A stretch of DNA of 64,000 nt from Eledone cirrhosa (Eukaryota), in the NCBI GenBank assembly GCA_964016885.1, contig OZ024741.1, forward strand, positions 397,668,001-397,732,000, read 5' to 3'. The translations under genes were made by a program, and so were the position numbers. Positions 61,501-64,000 of the stretch are shown here, one piece after another (the first letter of the stretch is position 1; the number at the start of each line of letters is the position of its first letter). Under the pieces are notes generated by a model, which did no database searches, was not told where the DNA came from, and was given only the letters and a program-made list of their open reading frames with translations.

Positions 61501-62030
61501 CATAGCCTCCATGGATTTCGTCGTAGCCGTCACAATGTTGTCCAACGTGACCGTTTAGGTCGCCTGCAATAATTATATAGTCACTGTCGGTTATTTGGGA
61601 GGTAGTGAGCATCAGTGTCTCATAGAATCTGTCTTTTATAGTGCCGGGCAGTCCGGATTGGGGTGCGTACGAGGATATTACTGTCACCGTAGTTCTATTG
61701 AGGACAAATCTTATTTTAATTATTCTGTCGTTCACTCTATTTACGTCTATTATCTTATCTGCCCACTTTTCTGCTACCATGATTCCTACTCCACCCAGCC
61801 CATTGTCGTTTCCCACCCAGAAAAGCTTATAGCATCGTTTTCTACCCACAATGTATCTAGCAGATCCCACCCCTCCACCTGGTCTCTTGGATACAACAAA
61901 CATCGACCTCCTTACGTTCAAGCATTTCTACAACCTCGTTAGAGCGACCCTTTAAGGTGCCTACATTCATGGTACCAAATCTGAAGTTTTGGATTGCGTT
62001 TGGGGGGTTGGAAAGGTGGGGAACGGGGGG
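58581..62030 (-). mobile_element. RTE-clade LINE, near-complete ORF, probably 5'-truncated (copy B)
   Basis: APE, RT and PHD-like finger; 3' UTR and (GAT)n tail; abuts (TC)n/(TA)n at the 5' end. Confidence 0.96.
58937..61990 (-). CDS. RTE APE-RT polyprotein; single +1 frameshift at about 61870
   Basis: True N-terminus FRFGTMNVGTLKGR..DVCCIQETRWRG lies in another frame from ORF 58937-61921; GDLNGHVG, SQVDYIL, NYRGIKL, VDLEKAFDRV, LLYADD. Confidence 0.92.
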
Positions 62031-62077
<47 letters not shown>

Positions 62078-62082
62078 TATAG

Positions 62083-62682
<600 letters not shown>

Positions 62683-62684
62683 GC

Positions 62685-62903
62685 GAAGGTGTGTGGCTGA
62701 GTGGTTAGAGAATTGGATTCGCAATCGTAAGGTTGTGAGTTCGATTCCTGGACTAGGCGATGCGTTATGTCCTTGAGCAAGACACTTTACTTCACGTTGC
62801 TCCTTCTACCTGGAGTTGCAATCGATAGATAGTATTAGCAATGGAAAGACCAACGGAAACATTGTTCCCTCGGTCCGATTTGACGAAAGTCGATCGTTCC
62901 TTG
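62685..62903 (+). mobile_element. full-length tRNA-derived SINE with non-RTE tail
   Basis: TGGCTGAGTGGTTAGAG, GAGTTCGATTCC, GTCCTTGAGCAAGACACTTT; ends directly in (TA)n. Confidence 0.85.
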
Positions 62904-62914
62904 ATATATATATA

Positions 62915-64000
62915 CAGGGTGCGGACGATATTTGTTCGCAAGATTACTGTCTAGGAAAAAATAACACAGTAGTTTTATTTTTTAAGATATATTTATCAAA
63001 CTTGGGTCAGTTTGTCTTCATGACTTGTTCTTTCGATCTCACTCGATAAACCCGCCATTGGCTTTGATGATGGCCTCAAGGCGGCCTCAGAACCGGCTAC
63101 AGGCCTTCGTCACTGTCCCCCGACTTAGGCCGCTAAAGGCACTTGTGATCCTGGCCAATCAGATCGTCTTTCGTATTGCAGCTAGATCTGTTGGTGTCTC
63201 GTTCCACTGCACCCCACACAAAGAAGTCGAGGGGGTTGCAGTCAGATGAGCTGGGAGGCCAGATGTCAGGTGAAGTATGGTCGATGAAGTTCTCTGACAG
63301 CCTGGCTTGGGTCTTTCGGCTGGTATGGCAGGGCGCTGAGTCTTGCTGCCACACGTACGACCTACCTGCAGCTACCTGGTCGATCCAGGGCTTTACTACC
63401 TCGCTCAGAACGCAGATGTAGCCATCGGTGTTCAGCTTGAGGCCCTCAGGGAAGAAGTAAGTTGGCATGACGTCACCTTGACTGCTGACGACACCTAAGA
63501 CCAATGTTGTTGCTGGAAACTTTGTCTGCATGACTCTGGGCACGTCTTTGGATGAGACAGCGAGCCACCTGTTGTTCTGGGAGTTGATCTCCTGGTCTTG
63601 GCAGAAGTTTTTCTCGTTGGAGAAAAACCACAGCATGTCTGGCTCCAGTGGGTGTTTCAACTTGTTGATCAGCTTCTTTGCGTGCTTCAGTCGCTTTTCT
63701 TGCATCACCTTTGACAGAAATTGTCCTTTCCTCATCTTGTATGAAACGTAGCGAATGTCTTCATGTACCACCAGCCTAATGAGCTTTTCTTCCACGCCTT
63801 TCTCCCTTGCAATGGCACGCATCGACTTGCTAGGTTCATTGTTGATGATATCCTGAACTTCAGCGACGAACTCGGGCGTTCTGAAGGTGTCAGATCGTCG
63901 ATCATGTGTTTTCCTCTCTGATGTTGCTTCGTAGTCAAATCCTGAATCTTCCAATTCCTTTCTGACCTTTTCCACCATTCTCCTGGTGATGCTGAGAAAG
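62915..64000 (-). mobile_element. Tc1/mariner DD37D (maT-type) transposon, 3' part
   Basis: TA-CAGGGTG TIR end at 62913-62921; transposase motifs QQDSAPCH and WPPSSSDCNPLD, with 37 residues between the second and third D. Confidence 0.92.
63040..64000 (-). pseudogene. maT transposase, inactive
   Basis: First catalytic D is N (WFFSNEK); frameshift near 63160, with C-terminus ..RLEAIIKANGGFIE* in another frame. Confidence 0.85.

Overview
AT-rich, repeat-saturated animal genomic DNA. The SINE/LINE families and the (TA)n/(GATA)n load suggest a mollusc, probably an Octopus-like cephalopod; this is inference. Only one host exon is recognisable: a 108-bp phase-0 exon of a PLK2/PLK3-like polo-like kinase (30344-30451, +), so most of the window is probably giant intron. 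The rest is mobile DNA. It includes two long RTE LINE copies with a C4HC3 (PHD-like) finger inserted in the RT C-terminal region, and two head-to-tail Tx1/L1-clade elements plus a 3' stub, all sitting in the same GATA/poly-G minisatellite. There are also a DD37D (maT) transposase remnant, CR1 and CRE fragments, tRNA-derived SINEs, piggyBac-, hAT- and Helitron-like non-autonomous elements, and several minisatellites amplified from pieces of TEs. The least obvious layer is about ten minimal type-I hammerhead ribozyme motifs (CUGANGA...GAAA-palindrome-UH) from several distinct Penelope-like/retrozyme-like families inserted in (TA)n tracts. Several of these insertions are fold-backs whose turn point falls in a ribozyme stem. 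No CRISPR array, rRNA or genuine tRNA gene is supported. Most long ORFs in the ORF track are repeat artefacts. All alignments and folds were done by eye; boundaries are approximate.
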